From contig JAXGNR010000015.1 in assembly GCA_040767965.1 (NCBI GenBank), forward strand, positions 1 through 37,722: a stretch of 37,722 nt of DNA, read 5' to 3'. The notes beneath the pieces are model-generated. The model was given only the letters and a program-made list of their open reading frames with translations. It ran no database searches and had not been told where the DNA came from. Numbering within the stretch: position 1 is the first letter of the stretch; the number at the start of each line of letters is the position of its first letter. Positions 9,335 through 19,096 of this stretch are shown here, in pieces. This DNA is from Atribacterota bacterium. GTDB taxonomy: Bacteria; Atribacterota; Phoenicimicrobiia; Phoenicimicrobiales; Stramentimicrobiaceae. Both the position numbers and the translations under genes were made by a program.

Positions 9335-9514
9335 ATGGTAAAAGTAGATAAAGAAAAATGTATAGGTTGTGGGATTTGTGTAACAGTATGTCCTGTTGGT
9401 GCGATAGCGCTTTCTGAGGGAGAAGAATATGCTGTTATTGATAATGACCAATGTATAGAATGCTATACTTGTATAGAATCATGCCCACAAGAAGCAATTT
9501 ATAAGGATGAGTAG
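9335..9514 (+). CDS. 2[4Fe-4S] ferredoxin (59 aa, not in the ORF track)
   Basis: Hand translation MVKVDKEKCIGCGICVTVCPVGAIALSEGEEYAVIDNDQCIECYTCIESCPQEAIYKDE*: two CxxCxxCxxxCP motifs; AAGGA RBS at 9321-9325. Confidence 0.95.
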   Translation: MVKVDKEKCIGCGICVTVCPVGAIALSEGEEYAVIDNDQCIECYTCIESCPQEAIYKDE

Positions 9515-9569
9515 TAAATATAAAAAAGATTTAATTTGAAAAAAAATCCAAAGAACAGGATGGATTATT

Positions 9570-10088
9570 ATGGTTCAAAATGAGGGAAAAAATACGGTTT
9601 ATAAGATATTATCGTTGTCTTTTTCTTTACTTATTATAGTTGTGATGTTTTTTGATATTATTAATAAATATAGCCAACAAAATATTAAAATATTTTCTAT
9701 AGAATCACCAATCTTATTCCCTTTCTTACTTGGCTTACTTTTACTTATAAATTTTATGCTCGAATTAAGGGCTGAAATAAAAAATAGGCCAACTAAAGCA
9801 GAAAATATAGTAGAAAAAATGGGAGAAAAGGCTATTGTTGAAAACAAACAAGGAAAAGAAATTTTAACTATTCTTATTTTCACTGCTATTAGCCTGATTT
9901 ATATGTATATATTGCCTATTTTTCATTTTATTATTGCTACAAGTATCTATATGTTTTTGATTATGTTTATAGCTAATAATAGAGATAATATTTTACAAAG
10001 ATTGGTAAAATCAGCAATTTGGACAGCAATAACAATTCCAATTATTTATTATATTTTCTATGGAATTTTTGATGTTATTTTACCTTAA
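9570..10088 (+). CDS. tctB: TTT small membrane subunit TctB
   Basis: Four to five hydrophobic helices, P..FP motif, C-terminal IF...F...LP; lies between tctC and tctA. Confidence 0.82.
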   Translation: MVQNEGKNTVYKILSLSFSLLIIVVMFFDIINKYSQQNIKIFSIESPILFPFLLGLLLLINFMLELRAEIKNRPTKAENIVEKMGEKAIVENKQGKEILTILIFTAISLIYMYILPIFHFIIATSIYMFLIMFIANNRDNILQRLVKSAIWTAITIPIIYYIFYGIFDVILP

Positions 10089-10120
10089 ACAATGATTGCT
10101 TTTTTGGAAAGGAGTATTCC

Positions 10121-11578
10121 ATGCTAATGCTATTATTATATAATTTTGTTGGAACAATTGTTGGGTTGGTTATGGGTGCCATGCCGGGCTTAACTGTTAC
10201 AATGACAGCTGCATTAATTGTGTCATTAACATTTGGTTGGCAGATGATCGAAGCCCTTGCTTTTATTATAGGTGCTTTTTGTGGAGGAGTTTTGGGAGGA
10301 GCATTGTCAGCAATTGCAATCAATATTCCCGGAACTGCTGCTGCAGTGGCAACTACATTTGACGGATTTCCACTAAAAAAGAGAGGAGAGGCAGATACCG
10401 CTTTGGGTCTTGCTTTATTCAGCAGTTTAGTCGGAGGATTATTCGGACTCATCTTTTTTCTAATTCTAGGACCCATTATAGGTAAATATGCACTAAAATT
10501 TGGTGCACAGGAATATTTTATTTTAACAATTTGGGGGCTAACACTGGTATCTTTGTTAAGTAAAGGTAATTTTAGAAAAGGACTTATCAGCGCCGGTATT
10601 GGTATTTTTATCGGCATGATTGGCATGGATCCGGTAACTGGATTAATGAGATTTACTTTAAATGTTCCACTTCTAAGCGGTGGAATTCATTATGTTGTTG
10701 CAATGATTGGGCTATTCGGTATGAAGGAAGTTTTTGTTCAGCTTACCAGCGAAACAGGATTCAAATTAGATATAAAAGGATACAATATTTTAAAACTATT
10801 GCCAAATTTTAAATTAATAAAAAAATTAGATTTAAAGTGGCTTATTGCTGCCCCTTTAGGAGCGTTTGTCGGATTACTGCCAGGTACAGGTGGTGATATA
10901 GGTGCTTTGGTATCATACGGTACTGCGAAGAATATAATAAAAAAACCCAGCAGACCATTTGGCGAAGGTGCCTATGAAGGTGTTATTGTTCCGGAAGTTG
11001 CCAATAAAGCCGCAGTTGGTGGGGCGTTAACCACGATGTTAACCCTGGGGATACCTGGTGATTCGGTTACAGCGGTTATATTAGGAGCCTTTTATATTCA
11101 TGGATTATTACCTGGACCAACATTTATGCTGGTTGAAAAAGATTATTTTTATTTAATTGCTCTTTTTGTGGGAACAGGAATGATTTTTGCCTATATAGTA
11201 GGAATATTTGGTAGTAATGCTATGATAAAAATGCTAAATCTCCCTAAATGGTATTTAATTGCATTTATCCCAATACTTTGTATCGTAGGTTCGTATGCCT
11301 TACAAAATAAAATAACTGATATTCTGTTCATGCTTATTTTCGGGGTAATAGGCTTTATATTAGAAAAATCAAATTATCCGGTTAGTCCGATTATTTTAGG
11401 AATTATTTTGGGACCAATGGTAGAAACAAATTTCAGACAGGGATTAATTATAACTGGTAGCTTTCAAAGCATGATTACATCTTTCTTTACCAGACCTTTA
11501 GCGTTAGTATTACTGATATTATTTGTAGCTTCTTTCCTTTTGCAAAGTAAAGTGAAAGAATTAGAAGAAAATAAATAA
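10121..11578 (+). CDS. tctA: TTT large membrane subunit TctA
   Basis: GAMPGLT, NIPGTAAAVATTFDGFPL, FGEGAYEGVIVPEVAN, LGIPGD, GPMVETNFRQ motifs. Confidence 0.95.
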   Translation: MLMLLLYNFVGTIVGLVMGAMPGLTVTMTAALIVSLTFGWQMIEALAFIIGAFCGGVLGGALSAIAINIPGTAAAVATTFDGFPLKKRGEADTALGLALFSSLVGGLFGLIFFLILGPIIGKYALKFGAQEYFILTIWGLTLVSLLSKGNFRKGLISAGIGIFIGMIGMDPVTGLMRFTLNVPLLSGGIHYVVAMIGLFGMKEVFVQLTSETGFKLDIKGYNILKLLPNFKLIKKLDLKWLIAAPLGAFVGLLPGTGGDIGALVSYGTAKNIIKKPSRPFGEGAYEGVIVPEVANKAAVGGALTTMLTLGIPGDSVTAVILGAFYIHGLLPGPTFMLVEKDYFYLIALFVGTGMIFAYIVGIFGSNAMIKMLNLPKWYLIAFIPILCIVGSYALQNKITDILFMLIFGVIGFILEKSNYPVSPIILGIILGPMVETNFRQGLIITGSFQSMITSFFTRPLALVLLILFVASFLLQSKVKELEENK

Positions 11579-11648
11579 TGTTATCTGAATTAATTAAACT
11601 ATTTTTATGATAAAATAAACATATTAAGTAGAAAGGATTGTGGTATTT

Positions 11649-13487
11649 ATGTATGGATACTGGGGTAAAGTCCTTCGTATAAATCTTACTAAGAGGAGTT
11701 ACAAGGTAGAAGATATTCCAGAAAGTATATGGAAAAAATTTATAGGCGGTTCCGCATTTGGAGCAAAAATCTTATTAGAGGAAACTCCACCTAAGGTTGA
11801 TCCATTGTCAGAAGAAAATAAGATAATCTTCGCAGTAGGTATCTGGCAGTCTGCTAAAAATCCTGGTAGTGGTAAATGGAGTGTAGTTACAAAATCACCA
11901 CTGACAAAAACATTTCTTGATTCATCAGGCGGGGGTAATTTTGCACCAGCCTTAAAACGGTCAGGATATGACGCTCTAATAATTGAAGGAAAAAGTGATT
12001 CCCCTGTCAAGGTTATAATCAATAATGAAGATGTAAGGATTGAAGAAGCCGATTCTCTCTGGGGCATGGATGCGATGGATACTTTTGATAGTCTTAAATC
12101 CTCACTTGATGATAGACGGTATAGTATAGTTTATATTGGACCCTCCGGGGAAATGGGCCATCCTATTGCCTGCATAGGTTGTGATGGTCATAGTGTAGCC
12201 GGTCGTGGAGGAGCTGGTGCAGTAATGGGTTCAAAGAATTTAAAAGCCATTGCTGTTTTAGGTACTAAAGATGTACCTCTGTATAATCCGGAGAAAGTCA
12301 AAACAAAAACAGTTGAAATGATGAGAGAATTCTCTAAAAGAGCTGCTGGAAAAAGAAGCACAGGTACAACCGCAGCTCCAATAACTTTTGAAAAAGTTGG
12401 CAATTTACCTCTAAAATACTGGTCAGGAGAAACATGGGGTAAAGCGGATATGATTGCCGCTCCCTACTACAATGAAATTTTACATACAAAACCTACCTTC
12501 TGTGCAAATTGTCCTTATGGTTGTCACCGTCATATAAAACTGGAAGAACCCAAAGAATATGCAGTCGAAGGAGCCGGACCAGAGTATGAAACCCTTGGTA
12601 TGATGGGAGGGGCATTTTTGTGCTCCGATCTGCCCGCAATTGCTAAGGCTAATGATATCTGTAATCGAATGGGTATCGATACTATTTCTACCGGTGCCTG
12701 GATAAGTTTTTTAGCAGAATGCTATGAAAAGAATTTAATAAGCAAAGAAGATACAGATGGCATTGAAGTTAACTGGGGAGATGGTAAAGTACTTGTTAAG
12801 TTAACAGAAAAGATTGCAAAACTTGAAGGAATTGGTCAGTATTTTAAAGAAGGAATTATTGGTGCAGCAAAAAAAATAGGATCTGATAGCATGGAATCAA
12901 TTGTACATGTTAAAAATATGGATTATCCTGCCCATGATCCCAGGTGTCATTTAGCTGCAGGTTTAAACTACGCGACAGGTACCAGAGGAGCTTGCCATGA
13001 AAGGGCTGATGTACAGGGATTCTTTTATCCGGAACTTGGAATGAAAGGGCCAGCCCAGACCATGGACGAAGTTCCGGAATATGTAATGCGCCAGCAGAAC
13101 ATGAGCAGTCTTGCCAATACTTTAAGTGTATGCAAATTTATAATAAGGGTACCAAAACTACAATTATCAGAAATAATCGAAATCCTCAATGCTGCTACCG
13201 GTTGGGATTGGAGTATTGAAGATTTGGAAAAAGCCGGAGAACGGGGATTTGTTCTGGAAAGACTGATAAATGTCCGGGATGGTATTACCCGCAAAGATGA
13301 TATCTTACCTAAAAAGATGACTATTCCGGCAAAGACTGGTCCCAGAGAAGGAAGAGTACCGCTTCCCCACGATAAAGCTCTGGATGAATATTATAAGTTG
13401 AGAAACTGGGATAGTGATGGTATTCCAACTGTAAAGGCTCTGAAAGAAGTTGGATTGGAAGAATATAGTAGTTTATTGCAAAGCTAA
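11649..13487 (+). CDS. aor: Aldehyde:ferredoxin oxidoreductase (W/Mo-pterin, AOR family)
   Basis: YGYWGKVLRINL, KSPLT, GYDALIIEGKS, GRGGAGAVMGSKNLKA, CANCPYGC plus distal Cys (VCKF), GPEYET, MGIDTIS, YYKLRNWD. Start is ATG 11649 or GTG 11640. Confidence 0.92.
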   Translation: MYGYWGKVLRINLTKRSYKVEDIPESIWKKFIGGSAFGAKILLEETPPKVDPLSEENKIIFAVGIWQSAKNPGSGKWSVVTKSPLTKTFLDSSGGGNFAPALKRSGYDALIIEGKSDSPVKVIINNEDVRIEEADSLWGMDAMDTFDSLKSSLDDRRYSIVYIGPSGEMGHPIACIGCDGHSVAGRGGAGAVMGSKNLKAIAVLGTKDVPLYNPEKVKTKTVEMMREFSKRAAGKRSTGTTAAPITFEKVGNLPLKYWSGETWGKADMIAAPYYNEILHTKPTFCANCPYGCHRHIKLEEPKEYAVEGAGPEYETLGMMGGAFLCSDLPAIAKANDICNRMGIDTISTGAWISFLAECYEKNLISKEDTDGIEVNWGDGKVLVKLTEKIAKLEGIGQYFKEGIIGAAKKIGSDSMESIVHVKNMDYPAHDPRCHLAAGLNYATGTRGACHERADVQGFFYPELGMKGPAQTMDEVPEYVMRQQNMSSLANTLSVCKFIIRVPKLQLSEIIEILNAATGWDWSIEDLEKAGERGFVLERLINVRDGITRKDDILPKKMTIPAKTGPREGRVPLPHDKALDEYYKLRNWDSDGIPTVKALKEVGLEEYSSLLQS

Positions 13488-13502
13488 TATGTAAATAACA
13501 GA

Positions 13503-13560
13503 ATATAAATATAATAAGCAGGGAAAAATGTATTTTTGTCCCTGCTTATTATATTTATAT
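13503..13560. terminator. Long stem-loop ending the first operon
   Basis: 22-bp perfect inverted repeat ATATAAATATAATAAGCAGGGA (13503-13524) / TCCCTGCTTATTATATTTATAT (13539-13560). Confidence 0.8.
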
Positions 13561-13955
13561 AGTTTGTTGAATATTTATACAAACAAGATAGGTTAACTAA
13601 ATATAAAAAACGAAAGATTAAATATATCTTCAATTGATAGTTTAATATAAGAACATTATTAGAATGATTTAGTTTTTAGATTGTACTCATTTAAAAAAGA
13701 TACTGATAAAAGAGCAATCTTTTTTATGCAATTTTATCTTCACCTATTGATATATTAACAAATTAGTATATAAGGTAAAATGAGAAAAATTATTTTCAAA
13801 TTACCATTCCTCTCTCATTTATTGCTAATTATCTTCATTTTATTGATCAATATTCTTCAAATGAGAAACAATGTGTATATATGTGAAAGCTATTTTGCAG
13901 ATTCCTTTTAATTGAACACTGTTTTTATTTTAAAACTATTTAAGAAAAAAAATAC

Positions 13956-13984
13956 TTGACAGATAAACTGTTTTGATTTATTGT
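13956..13984 (+). promoter_or_regulatory. Sigma70/SigA promoter for gntR operon
   Basis: TTGACA (13956-13961), 17-nt spacer, TATTGT (13979-13984). Confidence 0.7.
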
Positions 13985-14015
13985 TTATTTATTATCGATA
14001 ATCGATAATAAATAA
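13985..14015. promoter_or_regulatory. Palindromic operator, probable GntR binding site
   Basis: TTATTTATTATCGAT-A-ATCGATAATAAATAA: perfect 15-1-15 palindrome directly after the -10 box, over the expected transcription start. Confidence 0.72.
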
Positions 14016-14055
14016 TTATATAAAGAATGAATATCAAGAAGGAAAAAATAAATCG

Positions 14056-14697
14056 TTGATAGATAATAAAATTAATCACAAAAGATTATCAGAAAATATT
14101 GTGGAGTATATTATAAATTGTTTCATAAATAAAACTATTAAACCTGGTGAAAGAGTTGTTGAAAGTAAAATTGCGAAAGATTTAAATACAAGCCAAGGTA
14201 GTGTAAGAGAAGCAATTTATAGGTTAAACAACATGGGGTTTATAATAAGTATTCCATATAAAGGAAGTTATATTAGAAATTTTACTTTGGATGAATTGAA
14301 AGATTACCAAAAAGTAAGAGGAGAAATAGAATTATTGGCCGTCAGGTGGGCAGTAAAAAAATATCAATGGGAAAATTTTGACTTAGTTTTATTGGAAAAA
14401 CTATTAAAACAAATGGAAGATTGTCTAAAAGACAAAGATTACTTAGGGAGAACTAATACAACAATTGAATTTCACAGAATTTTGGTTAAGTCCTCAGGTA
14501 GTAAATGCTTATTAAAGACATGGGAATCTTTAAATATTCAATATTGGGCTCATGTTTGGAATTATATAGATATTTCAATATTAGAAGGAAGATCTAATTT
14601 ACATTCACCAATTTATCTTGCAATTAAGAATAAAGATTATAAAGAGTTAAAATTGCTAATTAGAAACCATTTTTATAATTTAAACACATTAATATAA
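14056..14697 (+). CDS. GntR-family transcriptional regulator (FCD C-terminal domain)
   Basis: wHTH PGERVVESKIAKDLNTSQGSVREA; R..IE, EFHR and H..I..AI...D FCD pattern; TTG start. Confidence 0.92.
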   Translation: MIDNKINHKRLSENIVEYIINCFINKTIKPGERVVESKIAKDLNTSQGSVREAIYRLNNMGFIISIPYKGSYIRNFTLDELKDYQKVRGEIELLAVRWAVKKYQWENFDLVLLEKLLKQMEDCLKDKDYLGRTNTTIEFHRILVKSSGSKCLLKTWESLNIQYWAHVWNYIDISILEGRSNLHSPIYLAIKNKDYKELKLLIRNHFYNLNTLI

Positions 14698-14837
14698 ATA
14701 CAGGTTTAATTATTGTTCATTTTATAAATTATATTAATAAGGGCAAAAAAAGAAAATCAAATAACCAACTTGTTGACTGTCATTTTTTAAAAGCTATTCA
14801 GTATAAATATTTTAATACATATAATAAGGTGACAATT

Positions 14838-16811
14838 ATGGGAGGAGAGAAAATTTACGATAAATTGTTTTCACCAGCAAAAATAGGAAGTCTATTAATA
14901 AAAAATAGAATTATTATGCCTGCAATGGCTACCAACTTTGCCAGCGAAACAGGAGGATTAACAGAGCATTTAGTTGATTATTATAAAGAAAGAGCCCGAG
15001 GAGGAGTAGGTTTAATTATTATTGAGAATACCACAGTTGATTATCCCCTTGGAAGAAATGGAGCAACGCAAATTAGACTTGACCACGACAGATTTATTCC
15101 TGGTTTAAGCAGATTAGTTGATGAAATACACGAAAATGGAGCCAAAATTGCAATTCAAATAAATCATTGTGGAGGTTCAACTGATCAGAGCAAGACAGGA
15201 GGTTTGCAGCCTGTATCATGTTCTCCAATGCCATGCAAATTAGACGGTGATATTCCTAGAGAATTAACTGTAGATGAAATTCAACTCTTAGTAGAAAAAT
15301 TCGCACAAGCAGCCTATAGGGCAAAAAAAGCGGGTTTTGATTCAGTAGAAATTCATGGTGGACATGGCTATTTACTTGCACAATTTATGTCAACATATAA
15401 TAATCAGCGGAAGGATCAATATGGTGGTAACTTAGAAGGTAGAATTCGGTTTCCCTTAGAAGTTATTAAAGAAGTTCGAAAAAAAGTAGGACAAGACTAC
15501 CCATTAATTTTCCGAATTAGTGCTATAGAGTATGTGAAGAACGGAAGAAAACTGGAAGAAACTATAGAAATTGCTAAAATATTAGAAAAATCAGGTATTA
15601 ATGCTTTAAATATTACAGTAGCTACTGCATTCAATACTGCCAAGCAGATTGAACCAATCACCTATCCCCAAGGTTGGAGAATTCCATATTCTTCAGCTAT
15701 AAAAAAAGTGGTTAACATTCCAATCATTACAGTAGGTGTTATCAGAGAGCCTGAATTCGCAAACCAAATTATAAAACAGGGAGATGCTGATTTTGTTGCA
15801 ATCGGGAGGGGGTTGATAGCAGATCCGTTTTGGCCGTTCAAAGCTGCAACTGGAAGAAAAAAAGAGATTTGTAAATGTATTTCCTGCAATGATGGGTGTA
15901 TTAATAATCGTGGGTATAAAGATTTGCCTATTTGTTGTGCAGTGAATCCTGCAGCAGGCAAAGAAAGTAAGTATCTTAATATAGCAAAAACAAAGAGACC
16001 AAAAAATATTGTTATTATTGGAGGCGGCCCTGCAGGTATGGAAGCTGCAAGAGTTTCCCGACTAAAAGGACATAATGTAATCTTATTTGAACAAAATAAT
16101 GAGCTTGGAGGGCAGATGTTATTGGCTGCAAAACCACCTGGTAAGGATAAAATAAGATGGTACATTGATTATTTAACTTATCAAATGCAGATTTTAGATG
16201 TTGATATAAAATTAAACTCAACAATTGATAATGGTGAATTTATAAAAAAGTATAATCCAGATATTATAATACTTGCCTGTGGATCAAGGCCAATTTTTCC
16301 AAATGTTCCCGGTATAGAGAATTCTGAATTTGTTATTTCTGCACATGAATTATTAAAGCAAAATAAAATGATACAGAATAAGCAAATAGCTGTTATTGGA
16401 GGTGGTCTTGTCGGCTGTGAAACAGCAGAATATTTAGAAGAAAAAGGTAATAAAGTTACAATTGTAGAAATGTTGGAAAATATTGCTTTAGATGTGAACC
16501 CGGTGTATCGAGAAGATATTATTGAACGTTTATATAATAATAACAATATAAAAATATTAAAGAATACTCTATTAGTAGGAATAAATATAAATAATAATGA
16601 GCTGGAACTAAAAAATTGTATTAATGGCAATAATAAGAAAATTATCTGTGATTTTACTGTGTTAGCTTGTGGGGCAAGACCAAATCAAAAATTATATAAT
16701 ATCTTTCAGGATACAAATCAAGATATATATTTAATTGGTGATTGTTATTGCCCTGGTAAAATCCTGGATGCTGTTGCAAGCGGTTCAAGGATAGCCCGTT
16801 TATTAGATTAA
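14838..16811 (+). CDS. NADH:flavin oxidoreductase (OYE barrel + 4Fe-4S + FAD/NAD domains; enoate reductase/BaiCD/FadH-like)
   Basis: KNRIIMPAM, RARGGVGLII, HGGHGYLL, RKDQYGG, CISCNDGC...CAVNP, GGGPAGMEAA, GGGLVGCE, IGDC. ATG 14838 follows TAAGGTG; ORF-track start is GTG 14829. Confidence 0.92.
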   Translation: MGGEKIYDKLFSPAKIGSLLIKNRIIMPAMATNFASETGGLTEHLVDYYKERARGGVGLIIIENTTVDYPLGRNGATQIRLDHDRFIPGLSRLVDEIHENGAKIAIQINHCGGSTDQSKTGGLQPVSCSPMPCKLDGDIPRELTVDEIQLLVEKFAQAAYRAKKAGFDSVEIHGGHGYLLAQFMSTYNNQRKDQYGGNLEGRIRFPLEVIKEVRKKVGQDYPLIFRISAIEYVKNGRKLEETIEIAKILEKSGINALNITVATAFNTAKQIEPITYPQGWRIPYSSAIKKVVNIPIITVGVIREPEFANQIIKQGDADFVAIGRGLIADPFWPFKAATGRKKEICKCISCNDGCINNRGYKDLPICCAVNPAAGKESKYLNIAKTKRPKNIVIIGGGPAGMEAARVSRLKGHNVILFEQNNELGGQMLLAAKPPGKDKIRWYIDYLTYQMQILDVDIKLNSTIDNGEFIKKYNPDIIILACGSRPIFPNVPGIENSEFVISAHELLKQNKMIQNKQIAVIGGGLVGCETAEYLEEKGNKVTIVEMLENIALDVNPVYREDIIERLYNNNNIKILKNTLLVGININNNELELKNCINGNNKKIICDFTVLACGARPNQKLYNIFQDTNQDIYLIGDCYCPGKILDAVASGSRIARLLD

Positions 16812-16872
16812 TTTTTTATAAAATATTATTTGTTGCTTTAGCAAATTAAATAAAAATAGAAAGGAATATTAT

Positions 16873-17271
16873 ATGGGTAAGTATGATAAGTATTTTGTAA
16901 AACCCTTCGATTGGGGAGAAAGAGATCTTGTTCATCATAAGATGAAAGGCGGGGTATCTGATATCGGCCCATTGCATGCCTTTTTGAACAAGAAAATGGT
17001 AGAAGGTGCAGATCTAAATGTTTTTGTCCACTACATGGATATTAAGCCCGGAGAGGCACCGGATTATGTTGCAGTCCATACTCATGATGTATCCCAGGCA
17101 TATGTCTTTCCTACAGAAGGATTAAAGTTTGAGGTGATTTTAGGTGATGAGAAATACACTGTAGACAGCCCTGCTACTGTATTTATTCCACCTGGCTTGA
17201 AGCACAACTTAAAAATGTTGGAAGGTAAAGGTATTGAAGTATGTATCTTACGAACAGGCTGGTATGAATAA
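16873..17271 (+). CDS. Cupin-fold protein A, copy 1
   Basis: HTHDVSQAY and VFIPPGLKHN cupin metal motifs. Confidence 0.78.
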   Translation: MGKYDKYFVKPFDWGERDLVHHKMKGGVSDIGPLHAFLNKKMVEGADLNVFVHYMDIKPGEAPDYVAVHTHDVSQAYVFPTEGLKFEVILGDEKYTVDSPATVFIPPGLKHNLKMLEGKGIEVCILRTGWYE

Positions 17272-17330
17272 TTTTTATTGTTATCTAAAAATATCAAAAA
17301 AATCATTTTGAATTTTAAAAGGAGAAACAT

Positions 17331-17744
17331 ATGGGAAAGTATGAAAAATATATTGTAAAACCATTCGATTGGGGAGAAAGACCATTAATTGGTCATAATC
17401 GTAAAGTAATGAATGAATTAGGTCCTCTGATGGCTTTTTTAAATGAGGATATGGTTAAAGATACTGATTTAGATGTATTTATTCATTTTATTGATGTCAA
17501 GTCTGAGAATGGTCCGGATTATGTAGAACCACATGTACATGATTTTTCCCAGGCCTACATATTCCCGGAAGAAGGATTGACCTATGAAGTTGAGCTAGAT
17601 GGCGAGAAATATGTAAAAGACAGTCCTGGTACTGTTTTTATTCCTGCAGGTGTTAAACATACCATTCGTATGATCAAAGGAAAAGGCTTTGAAGTATCCC
17701 TTACCAGAACTTCTAAGTATCACTGGGATGAGAGTAAATCATGA
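17331..17744 (+). CDS. Cupin-fold protein B, copy 1 (paralogue of A)
   Basis: HVHDFSQAY and VFIPAGVKHT; shares the MGKY.KY.VKPFDWGER N-terminus with A. Confidence 0.78.
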   Translation: MGKYEKYIVKPFDWGERPLIGHNRKVMNELGPLMAFLNEDMVKDTDLDVFIHFIDVKSENGPDYVEPHVHDFSQAYIFPEEGLTYEVELDGEKYVKDSPGTVFIPAGVKHTIRMIKGKGFEVSLTRTSKYHWDESKS

Positions 17745-17785
17745 TGGAGAGAGATATTGCAGGACTTAAATTTGGGAAGAAATGA
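17741..17785 (+). pseudogene. 5' stub of aroD-like gene
   Basis: Translates MMERDIAGLKFGKK*, matching MREKNIAGLKFGEK at 25245, with the same ATGA overlap with cupin B. Confidence 0.85.
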
Positions 17786-17968
17786 TTCCACTTTTACTTT
17801 ATTATTCTTTAGATATTAAAATTAGCAACTTATACAGTAAGGGTTAAAAAGTAAATTGTTGGATAAAATTGATTAAAAAAAAGGGGGAATGAATTATTTA
17901 ATCACTTTTAAAAAGTGATTTACATTGTTATATAAATTTGTAAATATTAAAGGAGAATTAAAATAAAA

Positions 17969-18982
17969 ATGAGAAAAATAAATATACTAATCATATTAGG
18001 AGTAGTAGTTGTATGTTTATTGTTGGTTGGGCAAAACATTTCTGCCGAAGAATCATATCCAGAAAAGCCTATTACTATAGTTGTCCCGTGGTCTGTAGGT
18101 GGTGTAACTGACTTAACGGTTAGAAGCATTCAACCAATACTCCAGGAAATATTAGATGCCCCTGTTGTGGTTAATAATATGCCTGGTGGTTCAAGTGCTG
18201 TTGGTTCGGAGTTTGTTGCTAATGCCAAACCGGATGGTTATACACTTTTGTTTGCTACAAACGAATTAGCCATTTTTCAAGTAATGGGTTTATCAGACCT
18301 AAGTTTTGATGATTTTAATCCAATAATGATTTTAACTATGGGTTTGCCCTCATTTTGTGTCCATGCTGATTCTCAATGGGAAACAATAGAGGAATTTTTA
18401 GAAGATGCTAAAAAAAGACCGGGAGAAATTCTTGCAGCCCATTCCGGTTTAGGTGCAAGCAGTCATATTAATGCTATGATGCTTGGAGCAGCAGGCATCG
18501 AAATGAAATTGGTTGGCTATAATGGAGGGGGACCTGCAGTTACAGCAGTCCTCCAAAAAGAAGCTGATGTTACCTTTCAATTATTTACTGAAGTTACGGA
18601 ATATATTGCTTCTGGTGATTTAAGACTTCTAACTACCTTTACTAATGAGAGGACTGATTTTTATCCAGATGTTCCTGCTCTTGGTGAAGTATTACCAGAA
18701 ATAAAAAGTTTCCTACCCTGGGGTATTTTTAATTCACCATGTACTCCAAAGGGAACCCCAGATGAAGTGAACGAGGTGCTTGAGAAAGCATTTATTGAGG
18801 CAATAAAGGATCCACGCTGGATTAAAACAGTAACAGAAAATGTAAAGGCATTAAATTTAGGATATACAGGCGAGGAAGCAATTGATTTTATAAATAAATG
18901 GAGATCTACTACCGGTTGGATGTTATATGAAGGTGGTTTAGCAAAAACTTCTCCAGCTGATTTTGATATTCCAAAACCATAA
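17969..18982 (+). CDS. tctC: TTT substrate-binding protein (TctC), copy 3
   Basis: Signal peptide, YPEKPITIVVPWSVGGVTD, NMPGGS, KPDGYT, YNGGGP. Confidence 0.93.
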   Translation: MRKINILIILGVVVVCLLLVGQNISAEESYPEKPITIVVPWSVGGVTDLTVRSIQPILQEILDAPVVVNNMPGGSSAVGSEFVANAKPDGYTLLFATNELAIFQVMGLSDLSFDDFNPIMILTMGLPSFCVHADSQWETIEEFLEDAKKRPGEILAAHSGLGASSHINAMMLGAAGIEMKLVGYNGGGPAVTAVLQKEADVTFQLFTEVTEYIASGDLRLLTTFTNERTDFYPDVPALGEVLPEIKSFLPWGIFNSPCTPKGTPDEVNEVLEKAFIEAIKDPRWIKTVTENVKALNLGYTGEEAIDFINKWRSTTGWMLYEGGLAKTSPADFDIPKP

Positions 18983-19003
18983 TTTATTAGAAAGTTAATA
19001 AAA

Positions 19004-19058
19004 TAAATTCTATCCACTCGAATCTGTAAATATTATTAATCCGAGTGGATAGAATTTA
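19004..19058. terminator. Stem-loop after tctC copy 3
   Basis: 17-bp perfect inverted repeat TAAATTCTATCCACTCG / CGAGTGGATAGAATTTA with a 21-nt loop. Confidence 0.72.
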
Positions 19059-19096
19059 CTTAAATTACAAAAAGAAAGAATTAAAATTTTCATAAA

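Larger units (their letters stand above)
16835..17785 (+). repeat. Segmental duplication, copy 1 (cupin A + cupin B + aroD stub); copy 2 at about 24344-25289
   Basis: Homology starts at GCTTTAGCAAATTAAATAAAA (16835 and 24344) and runs through both cupins, their spacer and the first codons of aroD. Confidence 0.92.
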
